DNA of 64,000 bases from Nitrospinales bacterium (lineage in GTDB: Bacteria > Nitrospinota > Nitrospinia > Nitrospinales > VA-1): positions 2,240,001 through 2,304,000 of the forward strand of contig OZ253496.1 in assembly GCA_965262115.1 (NCBI GenBank), in the 5' to 3' direction. The notes under the pieces were generated by a model that was given only the letters and a program-made list of their open reading frames with translations, searched no databases and was not told where the DNA came from. The translations under genes and the position numbers were made by a program. Below, piece by piece: positions 9,618 through 19,631 of the stretch. Numbering within the stretch: the stretch's first letter is position 1; each line of letters opens with the position of its first letter.

Positions 9618-11399
9618 TTAGCAAGCATCCACAAGCTCCCTAAACCAAATCTCCAATGCCATCAATGCCCTGATTTCACGCGTGTTGTTTTCCACGCCTT
9701 GACAGTGATTATCCAGCAAATCAGCCACATAGCCATAATTCAATAAGCTTCTATCAGTGCTACGTTTGGATAATAATAAATCCTGGCATAATTCAAACAA
9801 ATCTGTTTTTAACCACTGTCCAACAGGCACGGTAAACATTTGTTTTTTTCTATAGGCGATCTCTTCGCCGATTAAGGGTGTTACTGCTTTTTTATAAATA
9901 TATTTGGTTACGCCTTGCGCCAGTTTCAAATGACCTGGCATGGCAAAAGCCAACTCTATCATTCGATAGTCTAAAAAGGGGGCACGATTCTCTATTGAGA
10001 CCGCCATACCCATGCGGTCAGGCTTGACCAGGTTATTACCTGATAATAGCAACAGGGTGTCAATATGGAGCATTTGATTGATACGGTCCATATTGCTGGC
10101 TTTATTGTAAAGCGGCTGAAGCATATCAGACACATCTACATCGTCAAGTTGTTTTATAAACTCGACAGAGAATAATTGACGGCGGGCATTGCTGGAGAAT
10201 AAGGAAATATTGTCCTGATAATATTTCTGAAAATCCCCGTCAGATAATTCTTCTACTTCAGGGGTAAAAAAATCACGATATTTATCATAGCCCGCGAATA
10301 ATTCATCAGCCCCATCACCTGTCAGCACCACTTTAACTTGTTCCGAGGCCAGACTCGCGACTTTATAAGTAGGCAAAAAAGACACGTCACCATGAGGCTG
10401 GTCACAGTGATAAGTCGCCATAGGCCATAAGTCGATCAGGTTCGGCTGGACTTTTTGCATGGTGTGCTTTGTGCCAAATCTATCTGCTACTTGCTGCGCA
10501 TAAGGCGACTCGTCATATTGGGGATCATGAAAGCCAATCGAAAAAGTATTAACGGGCTGGCTCAGATGACGACTCATTAACCCAACCACGGTACTGGAAT
10601 CAATGCCGCCTGATAAAAAAGCCCCAAATGGCACATCTGATCTGAGGCGGATACGAACCGCGTCATCAAGAGTTTGATTAAAATCTTCTATCCATTGTGT
10701 CTCACTTTTGGTCTCACACTTTATCCTGGTTAAATCCCACCAACAGAATAGTTCAACACCTTGTCGTGTTATTTTCAGCCAGTGTCCAGGCATTATATGC
10801 TCAACGCCTGCAAACATAGTTAAAGGCGGCGGTACATAATTAAACGCCAAAAATTGATTGAGCGCCTGGGGGTTGAGTTTTTTACCGTTCGAGCACTGCA
10901 GGATTGATTTAATCTCTGAAGCAAATAATACTCTGCCATTTTGATTAGAAAAATACAGCGGCTTTTCTCCCACTCTATCTCGGATTAAATATAGACTGTC
11001 AATGCGCCTGTCATAGAGCGCAATAGCAAACATACCATTAAGCTTTGATATGCCATCGATACCATCACGCTCATATAGCCGCAGTATGACTTCGGTGTCA
11101 CAATGGGTTCGACAATAGTACCCTTGGCTTTTTAATCCTGCCGCTAATTCTATATAGTTGAAAATTTCACCATTTTGCACAACAACAATACTGCCATCAT
11201 CTGAGATAAAGGGTTGCTGACCATGCTCTACATCTAAAATAGCCAACCGCTGATTGCCTAATGCCACAGCCCCAGGCTTGTCATGATAACAACTATAGCC
11301 ATCTGGACCCCGATGCTCAATCTTATCGCCCATAGCTTTTAATTGCTCTGATGAAAGTGGTTGCTTGTTGTTATCAAAATAACCAAAAACACCACACAT
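9618..11399 (-). CDS. asnB: Asparagine synthase (glutamine-hydrolysing)-like amidotransferase
   Basis: MCG N-terminus, HRGPD, FLSGGIDSS and LTGDGADELFAGY motifs. Confidence 0.9.
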   Translation of the reverse strand: MCGVFGYFDNNKQPLSSEQLKAMGDKIEHRGPDGYSCYHDKPGAVALGNQRLAILDVEHGQQPFISDDGSIVVVQNGEIFNYIELAAGLKSQGYYCRTHCDTEVILRLYERDGIDGISKLNGMFAIALYDRRIDSLYLIRDRVGEKPLYFSNQNGRVLFASEIKSILQCSNGKKLNPQALNQFLAFNYVPPPLTMFAGVEHIMPGHWLKITRQGVELFCWWDLTRIKCETKSETQWIEDFNQTLDDAVRIRLRSDVPFGAFLSGGIDSSTVVGLMSRHLSQPVNTFSIGFHDPQYDESPYAQQVADRFGTKHTMQKVQPNLIDLWPMATYHCDQPHGDVSFLPTYKVASLASEQVKVVLTGDGADELFAGYDKYRDFFTPEVEELSDGDFQKYYQDNISLFSSNARRQLFSVEFIKQLDDVDVSDMLQPLYNKASNMDRINQMLHIDTLLLLSGNNLVKPDRMGMAVSIENRAPFLDYRMIELAFAMPGHLKLAQGVTKYIYKKAVTPLIGEEIAYRKKQMFTVPVGQWLKTDLFELCQDLLLSKRSTDRSLLNYGYVADLLDNHCQGVENNTREIRALMALEIWFRELVDAC

Positions 11400-11956
11400 C
11401 AGTTGCCACCTCTGAAAATAAATAGTTGTTTAAGCGTTAATAGCATTATCCATATGTCGAATGACATCGACATTTTATCAACATATTCAAGGTCAAGATG
11501 TGTACGCTGTTCAGGTGTGCCACTTGAGCGAATCACCGCTTGCGCCAGACCAGCAATACCAGGGCGCACAGAATTGCGTTTGTCCCACTCCTGTTGAGTA
11601 TAGTTGTCTCTTTGTTGCGCGACATTGGGGCGCGGCCCGATCAGGCTCATGTCACCTTTAATAACATTGAATAACTGCGGCAGTTCATCCAGGCTGGTTT
11701 TACGAATTAAGCGACCAATGCTTGTGATTCTGGGATCGTTTGCCCGGGTGAAGTAAGCGCCATCACCTGCGTCAACGACCATACTGCGAAATTTATAAAT
11801 CGTAAAATCGTGTCCATAAAGCCCCACCCTCTTTTGTTTGAATAGCACTGGACCTTGGAATTTTAACTTAATCGATAAAGCCACAATCACCATCAATGGT
11901 AAAATAAACGGTAATGCTGCTAACACAAGGGTTGAGTCAAACAAACGCTTTGTCAT
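11399..11956 (-). CDS. Bacterial sugar transferase (initiating phosphoglycosyltransferase)
   Basis: KRLFD, KFRSM and [22 protein letters not shown] motifs. Confidence 0.92.
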   Translation of the reverse strand: MTKRLFDSTLVLAALPFILPLMVIVALSIKLKFQGPVLFKQKRVGLYGHDFTIYKFRSMVVDAGDGAYFTRANDPRITSIGRLIRKTSLDELPQLFNVIKGDMSLIGPRPNVAQQRDNYTQQEWDKRNSVRPGIAGLAQAVIRSSGTPEQRTHLDLEYVDKMSMSFDIWIMLLTLKQLFIFRGGN

Positions 11957-12771
11957 ACTTTGTCCGCTATAAAACTCGCCACTTTGGTTTGTAGACTTTT
12001 ACAATCAGCCATCACTTGCGTGCTACTGCGTAATTTCAGCTTGTCCACCGCCATCAGTAATTTTTCTAATTCATTTTTCAAATGAAGCTTTGTCTGCGAT
12101 ATAGGCATGTCATCACTATAATGATGAAATGCGCGCGATAATATGACACAGATGGACCCCAGTCTCAGGTGCTCTGCCAAAACCAATTCTCCCGGGATAA
12201 TGCCCTCGCCGACTCTGGCAACACCCCCAAAACCAAAAGGCAAACCTGCCGCTTGAATGGTTTTGGCCAATTGATCGACCAAGCCATTGGCCAGCGGCTC
12301 AAACATAAATTGTAACCGCATATCCAAATGCAGGTCATTTAATCCTATATAAATCTCACTCACGCCTTGAATGGTCACAATTTCACCGATAGTTTGGGCC
12401 GCATTATAGGTTTCAACCAAAGGCATAACCTTTGCGCGACCATTCACCAAGTGAGAAAAATATCGAACCTCGTCGGCGCGATGAAACATCGGCAGCATGA
12501 GTATATCAGCCCCAAGCGCAATGGCTTCATCAACCTCATCTTTAGTGTGGTCATGCAATGGATTGAGGCGGACCAGTAATTCTGCTTGCGTCAAATTTGC
12601 CTTAACTTTGGCAATATCTGCCATGGTATGCTGGCTAATCAAGGTGTCCAAATGACCTTGGCGCGCTTGTTTGCCTAGTTGCTCCAAGTCAACAAATATT
12701 CGTTCAACTCCACAAGATTGCGCATACTGTGCCAATGTTGGATCATTGGTTATTAACATAAACTTAATCAT
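11953..12771 (-). CDS. HpcH/HpaI aldolase / citrate lyase family protein
   Basis: RIFVDLE..GK..RQ, LMLPMF, PLVET and YIGLNDLH motifs. Confidence 0.8.
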   Translation of the reverse strand: MIKFMLITNDPTLAQYAQSCGVERIFVDLEQLGKQARQGHLDTLISQHTMADIAKVKANLTQAELLVRLNPLHDHTKDEVDEAIALGADILMLPMFHRADEVRYFSHLVNGRAKVMPLVETYNAAQTIGEIVTIQGVSEIYIGLNDLHLDMRLQFMFEPLANGLVDQLAKTIQAAGLPFGFGGVARVGEGIIPGELVLAEHLRLGSICVILSRAFHHYSDDMPISQTKLHLKNELEKLLMAVDKLKLRSSTQVMADCKSLQTKVASFIADKV

Positions 12772-12778
12772 ATAAGCC

Positions 12779-14260
12779 CTATTTGACTTTAAACTTGTCC
12801 CTGAACTCTTGATGAAACAAAGCCATCACAAATAATGATAATAACCCAACCAAACCAGCCAGCAATAGCGACAACCATGCCGACGCGTCAAGTTTGTCAA
12901 TCCATTGGCTTATACAGAGTGATAAACTCATGGCACAGACAAGACCCATAAGGAATGTTCTATCAAATAAAACTTGCCACCAATTAAGTGGTTTTATTTT
13001 GAGAAATATCAGTTGTAGAATACATATAAAACCATAGCTAATAACCATCCCCCACATTAAGGCTTGCAGTCCTTGGCCAAATAGATATATCTGGCTGATC
13101 ACAATAAAAAATATCAGTCCTAAGCCATTGATAAGCAGAGGAGTTTTTGTGTCTTTTTGCGCGTTAAATACAGCAGTCAAAAAACCCGATAACCCTTGCA
13201 ATGGAAGAGCGACCAAGCCGATTGTGGTTAATGTTGCCACTAAGACCACACGGGAATTATTCATATTGCCATAACCATAAACAATTTGAGCATAAGCATC
13301 CCCCAAAGATATCAAAATGATAGCCGCTATCAAAGCAATCCCTAAAGTTATTTGCACGCCATATTTAACAAGCTTTCGATGCAAGGCCAAATTATGGACA
13401 AAACTCTGCGTCAGTCTAGGAAACAAAACAACAGACAAAACAGTCACCGCTATGGTCAATGGAAACTCAACCAAACGGGTCGCGTAAGTAAATAGCGCTA
13501 CGCTACCCTGCTCGTTATAAGATGCCATAGCTCTAGCCATAACTGGGAAAAGTAGTAGCGCGCTACCAGACAGCATCACTTGAACGTAACGAATGAATAG
13601 TGCTTTATTAACCTGATTTGGCGTAAGGCTGACCCAGGGACTCCAAGAGATATGCACCTGCAATAACTGGCTGAGTAAGCGCAATAGTCCGCCGAGTAAT
13701 ACAAAAGCAACGATTAATCGCAAAGACCCATATCCAAGATAAACCAGCAATAGTCCAATAATAATAGTGCTATTGATAATCAAAGTACCTAATGACGCAA
13801 CAGCAAATCTATTCTGGGCGTGAAGATAGGCAGTAACAATGCCTGATAATATGGTTAAAGGCATCAACCAAATAACCCAACCAAGCGCGGTGCCAGCCTG
13901 TATGGTTTGTATTCGCGCAAACCCAGGTGCTAATAAAGTAACCAATATATTTGATTGCCAGCACAACACCGCGCTTATAACGAGAAATACAGTGCCAAAC
14001 AACAACAATGACTGATATAGCAAACCACATGCCTTACCAGGGTGCTGGGTAAATTCAGGCACCAGGGCAGCACCAAGTGCCCCACCCATTAATATATTGA
14101 CCAGAATATCGGGAACAGTTAACATCAGAACCACAATATCGGCCTGTGCGCTTACGCCATAAGTCGTGGCAATGAACACCTCCCGGACAAAGCCAGATAA
14201 CCGCCCCAACAAAAGCCCGATATTTAAACCCAGGGATGATAGTAATAGTACCTTGATCAT
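12779..14260 (-). CDS. MurJ/MviN-like polysaccharide flippase
   Basis: GRLSGFVRE..IA..YG N-terminus and about 14 TM helices. Confidence 0.85.
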   Translation of the reverse strand: MIKVLLLSSLGLNIGLLLGRLSGFVREVFIATTYGVSAQADIVVLMLTVPDILVNILMGGALGAALVPEFTQHPGKACGLLYQSLLLFGTVFLVISAVLCWQSNILVTLLAPGFARIQTIQAGTALGWVIWLMPLTILSGIVTAYLHAQNRFAVASLGTLIINSTIIIGLLLVYLGYGSLRLIVAFVLLGGLLRLLSQLLQVHISWSPWVSLTPNQVNKALFIRYVQVMLSGSALLLFPVMARAMASYNEQGSVALFTYATRLVEFPLTIAVTVLSVVLFPRLTQSFVHNLALHRKLVKYGVQITLGIALIAAIILISLGDAYAQIVYGYGNMNNSRVVLVATLTTIGLVALPLQGLSGFLTAVFNAQKDTKTPLLINGLGLIFFIVISQIYLFGQGLQALMWGMVISYGFICILQLIFLKIKPLNWWQVLFDRTFLMGLVCAMSLSLCISQWIDKLDASAWLSLLLAGLVGLLSLFVMALFHQEFRDKFKVK

Positions 14261-14421
14261 GCTGTCTCTAGTTTTACCTTATTCCCTGTGGAACAATTCA
14301 TAGTTTAATGTTTTTCGAAGTCAATGGCTGAGCTTAAATTCTCAGACCGTTTTAACCTGCTTATCCGTTATATTTTCAAAGCTACTACTTATCATGTCAA
14401 CGCAAAGCTGAAATGTCTCCT

Positions 14422-14532
14422 GCTTTGTTTGACTATACAGGTGCCTGGCCGTGCTTTATAGATGACGATGTTTGCGCAGTGATCTATACGACCGATGCCA
14501 TAGAAGCCTTGATCAGCGTGGTTTGCAGATCT
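14422..14532 (+). mobile_element. IS256-family transposase internal remnant
   Basis: Reads ALFDY...DDVCAVIYTTDAIEALISVVCRS, a decayed form of the IS256 motif IYTTNAIESLNSVIRK. Confidence 0.7.
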
Positions 14533-14558
14533 CTTAACAATTTTCAGCTGGATTTCTG

Positions 14559-16472
14559 CTACCCTTTTCCATAAGAATATTTCATAAGTATCTGCTGCCT
14601 CTCTTCGTCATCAAGGTTATGCCATGATTTGAGTCCGGCCATTATTTCCTCAGCTTCTGACCATTCGCAAAAATTCTCGTGAGCTTCTAAAATCATTGGG
14701 TGTTCGGTGCTGGTGATGTGATCGCCGATGAAGAGTTCTTCGTGGATTTTTTCCCCTTTTTGCAGCCCAATATATTGAATCTCAATGCTTGATGCCTCCA
14801 TACCGCTTTCTCCAGTTTTCAATGTATGCCCTGACAAGTAAATCAGTTGTTTTGCTAGAGAAAGGATTGAGACAGGATCCCCCATTTCCAGTGCAAAGGT
14901 ACTGCAACAATGACTACCCATAGAGCCTGCTTGTATTACAAGTTGACTGGCTTCTGGAATGGTCATGAAATATCGAGTGGCTTCTGGATGGGTGATGGTA
15001 ATGGGACCACCAAAGGCTATCTGTTGCTGAAATAAAGGCACTACAGAACCGGAAGAACCTAACACATTGCCAAAGCGCACTATGGTAAAGCGTGTAGCTT
15101 TTTGCCCGCTTATGCGCTCTATTCCACCTTTTTGGGCGAGTCCTTGTACTATTTGTTCAGCAATTCTTTTGGTTGCCCCCATGACGCTGGTTGGGCGAAC
15201 AGCCTTATCGGTGGATATGAGGATAAAACGTTCCACATTCAGATTAAGAGCTGCCTGGGCAATATTATAGGTGCCGAATATGTTATTGAGTACGCTCTCC
15301 TCAATGTTGTTTTCGATAAGGGCTACATGTTTGTAGGCGGCGGCATGGTAGACGGTGTCGATTGTGAAATTTTTGATGGTTTCTTCTACATGCCGTTTAT
15401 TGGTGACAGAGCCAAGGATGGGAATGATCCTGGCGTTACAGTCTGTACTTGCGCATAGGTTGACTAATTCAGCGTTAACTTTGTAGAGGTTGAGCTCTGA
15501 GTGGTCAAACAAAACGATAAGGACGGGGTCCAGCGCCAGAGCTTGGCGGCAGAGTTCAGAGCCTATTGATCCACCGGCGCCGGTTACCAGTATCTTTTTA
15601 TTGGTGATGCAGATGGCAAGAAGCTTCCGATTTGGCGCCACTACTTTACGCACCAACAAATTGGTGATATCGACCTCTCTCAGATCATCTATCGCCACCG
15701 CCCGGGAAACAATATCACCGAGTGAAGGTATTGTCCTGACAGCCACATTTTTATCTTCAAGATATTTCAACAACTCTTTACGCACGTCGCGGGGCATTTC
15801 AGGCATCGCCAGCAGGACTTCCAAAGTGCTGGTCGGGGCACGAATTTTCGCAATTTCGGAACGACCACCCAGGACTTTCAAATTTTGGATATAGTGACCA
15901 TGCAACGTAAGATCATCGTCAATAATGCCTAAAATCTGAATATCTTTGCTATACGATAAAGATGAGGCTAGCTCCAGTCCAACTCTTCCCGCACCATATA
16001 TCAGTACGCTCTTCCTGGGTTGAGTGGTAGTGACAGCGGGCTCCGATAATAGCCAACGGGCTATCTGCCGACTGCCACCCATATTCAAGAACATGGTCAT
16101 CCAAAAAAGTATGGGCATAGAACGGGGAAACCCAACGTCAACGCCGGCATAGAAGGGAAGAAAAGTAATTGCGACCAACAGTAATAATAGAACCAGCACC
16201 CCTGCGGCTTGGGCAATTGTCAGCATGGACCTATGCCCTATGAAACGTATTACTGTCCGATATAAGCCAAACTTGACAAAAACAGGGAGAGCTAAAAGGG
16301 GAGCCGCGATAAATAACCAAATTTGGCCCTGGGTTGGCCAGAACCACTCACCCAGACGTAAGGCAAACGCTAGCCACAATGAAAATATCACCAGAAAGAT
16401 GTCCGCCACAATCATTATGGCGAATTTTTTGTTTCGGCTGAGGAATGAAATATACTTGAAAAAATTATGCAT
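14559..16472 (-). CDS. PglF/CapD-type nucleoside-diphosphate-sugar dehydratase
   Basis: N-terminal TMs, VTGAGGSIGSELCRQ, HAAAYKHV, ISTDKAV and RFGNVLGSSGSV motifs. Confidence 0.93.
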   Translation of the reverse strand: MHNFFKYISFLSRNKKFAIMIVADIFLVIFSLWLAFALRLGEWFWPTQGQIWLFIAAPLLALPVFVKFGLYRTVIRFIGHRSMLTIAQAAGVLVLLLLLVAITFLPFYAGVDVGFPRSMPILFWMTMFLNMGGSRQIARWLLSEPAVTTTQPRKSVLIYGAGRVGLELASSLSYSKDIQILGIIDDDLTLHGHYIQNLKVLGGRSEIAKIRAPTSTLEVLLAMPEMPRDVRKELLKYLEDKNVAVRTIPSLGDIVSRAVAIDDLREVDITNLLVRKVVAPNRKLLAICITNKKILVTGAGGSIGSELCRQALALDPVLIVLFDHSELNLYKVNAELVNLCASTDCNARIIPILGSVTNKRHVEETIKNFTIDTVYHAAAYKHVALIENNIEESVLNNIFGTYNIAQAALNLNVERFILISTDKAVRPTSVMGATKRIAEQIVQGLAQKGGIERISGQKATRFTIVRFGNVLGSSGSVVPLFQQQIAFGGPITITHPEATRYFMTIPEASQLVIQAGSMGSHCCSTFALEMGDPVSILSLAKQLIYLSGHTLKTGESGMEASSIEIQYIGLQKGEKIHEELFIGDHITSTEHPMILEAHENFCEWSEAEEIMAGLKSWHNLDDEERQQILMKYSYGKG

Positions 16473-16654
16473 TGGTCAGGATTCAATGGAGGAAAATAAA
16501 GCCGAGGAAAGAGTCTGTAGCTACAGGCAATTTAAATTTCAGGAAAATGCCAGGCGATGCAAATATCTCTACTCAGCTCATAAACAATTAGTGGGCGGAG
16601 GACTCTGTTGCAGAGGAAGAGAATTTTTTCTTTTCCCGCATTTGGGCCATCGAA

Positions 16655-16792
16655 TTAGTTAAAAAAGCTAGAACGATACCAACTGGCTATAACCTCCAGT
16701 AAATCCACAAGACTTATTTCATCTTCCGGAGGATACCATGAGCTTCGAATGTGATCGGGCTGGGTAGTCGAGAGTTGTTCTTTTTCTGTCAT
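16655..16792 (-). pseudogene. N-terminal remnant of a Wzz/Wzc chain-length determinant
   Basis: YPPEDEISLVDLLEVI motif followed by premature termination before the first TM helix. Confidence 0.65.
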
Positions 16793-17004
16793 AAACAGGT
16801 TTTGATGAGTACGAATGGTTAATAAATGCGGCCTTCTTAGCGGGCAGGCATATATATTGGCGGATACCCTCTCCAAGATGTTTACCGCTTACTAAAGACC
16901 AATCCAGTCTTGTCGGGACGATTCGGACATCGTGGTATGATACCAAGAAATCGGTATGATGGTAGCAGAAACTTTATTGCGCTCCTGATTGAGGTGCCGG
17001 CCAA

Positions 17005-17247
17005 ATGGACAGGCGAATTGCAGGGTTTCATCAGGATGAGGAAAGCTTCTGGGTGGCAGAGTTGGAATGCGGGCACAATCAGCATGTCCGGCATCGTCCG
17101 CCCATGGTTATCCGCCACTGGGTGAATCGTGAAAAAGGTCGACAGGAAAGGCTGGGGACCCTTCTGGCCTGTAAAGCCTGTGACTCCGAGTGTTCCGACG
17201 GAGGATGTCAGGCAACCAGCCCGCCATTTTCCCAGGATCCCGAATAA
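17005..17247 (+). CDS. DUF3565 family protein
   Basis: GFHQDEE..WVAELECGHNQHVRHRPP...W and CKAC motifs. Confidence 0.85.
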   Translation: MDRRIAGFHQDEESFWVAELECGHNQHVRHRPPMVIRHWVNREKGRQERLGTLLACKACDSECSDGGCQATSPPFSQDPE

Positions 17248-17867
17248 ATATTGCCGTTTGCCAGGATATAGACGCCCTGCCCATGAGGTAAATCATTCTG
17301 GAATTCTCCCTGGTAGCGATCCCCGTTTGCGTAGATATATTTTCCCTTGCCGTGGAGCATGTCGTTGAGGAGGCTCCCTTCGTACTGGTCGCCGTTGTCA
17401 TAGACCAGCTTTCCCAAGCCATTGGGTTTTCCATATTTAAATTCACCGGTATAAACATAGCCTTGGGAAGAGGTGAAGGTTCCCCTGCCATGCATCTGGT
17501 CCTGGAACATTTGCCCCTCATATTTATCCCCATTGGGCCAGGCTCGGATTTCAAATCCGGGAACGGATTCGGATTTTTGGGAGTCTGACTCGGGGGTGGT
17601 TTTTGCGGATTTCCGGGAAGTCCGCGTATATCGCTTTCCCTTCCAGCCTGGAGCTTCACTGTATTTGCGGCTGATGTGAGCATCGCTGATTTTTTTGTAG
17701 GCGGCCGTGATCTTCTGGAACATTTCATGGGCCTTCTTTTGCAGGCGTGGCGATTCTGCGGGGAACCGATCCGGGTGCCAGATCTTGACCTGGACTTTGT
17801 AGGCCCGTTTTACATCTTCAATAGACGCGCCGGGTTTGAGCTTTAATATTTTAAAATACTGTTCCAT
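17208..17867 (-). CDS. J-domain plus MORN-repeat protein
   Basis: WHPDRF J-domain; about five YxGxFxNGxxHGxG MORN repeats. Confidence 0.85.
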   Translation of the reverse strand: MEQYFKILKLKPGASIEDVKRAYKVQVKIWHPDRFPAESPRLQKKAHEMFQKITAAYKKISDAHISRKYSEAPGWKGKRYTRTSRKSAKTTPESDSQKSESVPGFEIRAWPNGDKYEGQMFQDQMHGRGTFTSSQGYVYTGEFKYGKPNGLGKLVYDNGDQYEGSLLNDMLHGKGKYIYANGDRYQGEFQNDLPHGQGVYILANGNIYSGSWENGGLVA

Positions 17868-18073
17868 GATGGACCGAAGTGGAAGTTGGGGACAAGAATG
17901 TTGATGATTTGAAATCCTGACTTAAACATCAGGTCGCTAATGAATGAACCATTCTTCAGTCCCTTCATGGCCTTCATGATGCCTTTTATCCGCCTCCCAG
18001 GCTTCCAACACATAGTCTATATGGGGGAACGGGTTTTTTTGTAAAATATTCCAGGGTGCTTCCACACTCGAAT

Positions 18074-18200
18074 GAGACCTTTGCATAAGTCGAAAAACCG
18101 GAAAAGCGGGATTCTTCACTGCGTTCAGAATGACAAGAAACGCCAGTTTGTCATTCTGAGGAACAAGGTGACGAAGAATCTCGGGTTACGCAAAGCTCTC
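18074..18200. mobile_element. MITE family A, copy 2 (127 bp)
   Basis: TIRs GAGACCTTTGCATAA and TTACGCAAAGCTCTC; perfect 9-bp TSD CACTCGAAT (18065-18073 and 18201-18209). Confidence 0.92.
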
Positions 18201-18229
18201 CACTCGAATGAGCAGGCGTGATGCAATAT

Positions 18230-19444
18230 CTATTCGGCCCTGGGGGCTTTTTTTACTTGAGTTAGAGAGAGTCCCATTAAAAAATATAGCAACATTGCAA
18301 CTTCCGAGTCATAGATATTGGTCTCGAAAAAACCTCCAACTATAAAACCAAGAACCGTTGCTGAGGAGCCCAACAATAGACCCTCGACATTGCCCTGAGA
18401 CGTTTCCTTATGCAAAATCCGCCGGCGCTTAAAGATTTCAATGAAATATGTTGCCCAGATTGAAAGCCAGGTCCCCAGCCCTACAACTCCAGTATCCACC
18501 AGCAATTGCAGTATATTATTGTGCATTCCCATTAAACGCGCAACATATCCGGAAGAATCCGGATATTGAGAATGAATTGAATCCACACATTTAAAGCTGC
18601 ACCCTGTGACAGGGTGGTCCTTGAAAATTTTCCATCCTACTTTCCACAAAGACACCCTTATCTGTAATCCTCCATTTTCCATGTCTGTCATAGTAAGCAT
18701 GCGATCTTTAAGACCTGCAGGAGCAAATAATAGGCCTGCCAGCAATAATGGAATGATCAAAAGATATTTTTTGCTACAGAAGAACAGAAGAAATACTGTC
18801 CCCGTAAAAAAACCAAGCCAGGCTTGTCTTGTTAAAGTCAACAGAAGACAAAGGCTGATAATCCCCAGACTCCCCAATACCCAATATTCTTTGGGCTTGT
18901 GAAACAAAAACCTTCCCAATGCCATCAACCCCGCAAGCATTAAAACTCCTGAAAAAGTAGATGGCATGCTCATTGTGCCCAGGAGCCGTTGGGGTGAATA
19001 ATAACCCTGTGCCCAAAATGGAAAGAGCCCATTCAAAGCCGCAACAACTCCGGCGGCAATAACCAGCCCAATTAATAAGTCCCTTTGTTTTTCATCCTGA
19101 GCCGTATTAGCCACCCAAAAGAATATGACAAATTGAAGTAGTTTTTTTAGGTGCTTCAAACTGCTTTCCAAATCAACCGCAGTTATTAACGCTAAAAAAC
19201 AGGCCAGGCAAAAACACAAGATGGCAATACCAACCAGCGTACCTCTCAGTTCTTTCCATGATTTGGTCAAGTGGGCCTTAAGCAGCCATGCAAATGCTCC
19301 AATAGCAAATGATATCTGGGTGACGCTAATAGAAAACATGGAGAAAACGGCAAACGTGCACAAGGAAAATTGAATCAGTTTGTCCAGGACTGGAACCACA
19401 CGGCCTGTTCCGGATGAGTTAGTGTCAGGTAGAAGTTTTTCCAC
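18230..19444 (-). CDS. O-antigen ligase family protein
   Basis: Multi-TM protein with LTLTRQAWLG, RVSLW..G, HPVTG and MHNNILQ motifs. Confidence 0.85.
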   Translation of the reverse strand: MEKLLPDTNSSGTGRVVPVLDKLIQFSLCTFAVFSMFSISVTQISFAIGAFAWLLKAHLTKSWKELRGTLVGIAILCFCLACFLALITAVDLESSLKHLKKLLQFVIFFWVANTAQDEKQRDLLIGLVIAAGVVAALNGLFPFWAQGYYSPQRLLGTMSMPSTFSGVLMLAGLMALGRFLFHKPKEYWVLGSLGIISLCLLLTLTRQAWLGFFTGTVFLLFFCSKKYLLIIPLLLAGLLFAPAGLKDRMLTMTDMENGGLQIRVSLWKVGWKIFKDHPVTGCSFKCVDSIHSQYPDSSGYVARLMGMHNNILQLLVDTGVVGLGTWLSIWATYFIEIFKRRRILHKETSQGNVEGLLLGSSATVLGFIVGGFFETNIYDSEVAMLLYFLMGLSLTQVKKAPRAE

Positions 19445-19631
19445 TTTCTAAAATGAGGGGTTGCGCGATCTTCGCATATTTGCCGACGATTGAAAAAAGG
19501 GCTTTACGCTACCAGCAAAAGCCCTTTCTTCGAAAATCGAGTATAGTTATGAACTACAGTCAGGTTCAATCCAAAAAATATTTTACATGGAATATTAACA
19601 AAATTGGGAAGGGATATCCAAAGATATTCAG

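Noticed and set aside
5748..16500. Integrase-mediated island or prophage at tRNA-Glu
   Set aside because: No integrase, phage genes or duplicated tRNA 3' end (attR) was found in the window.
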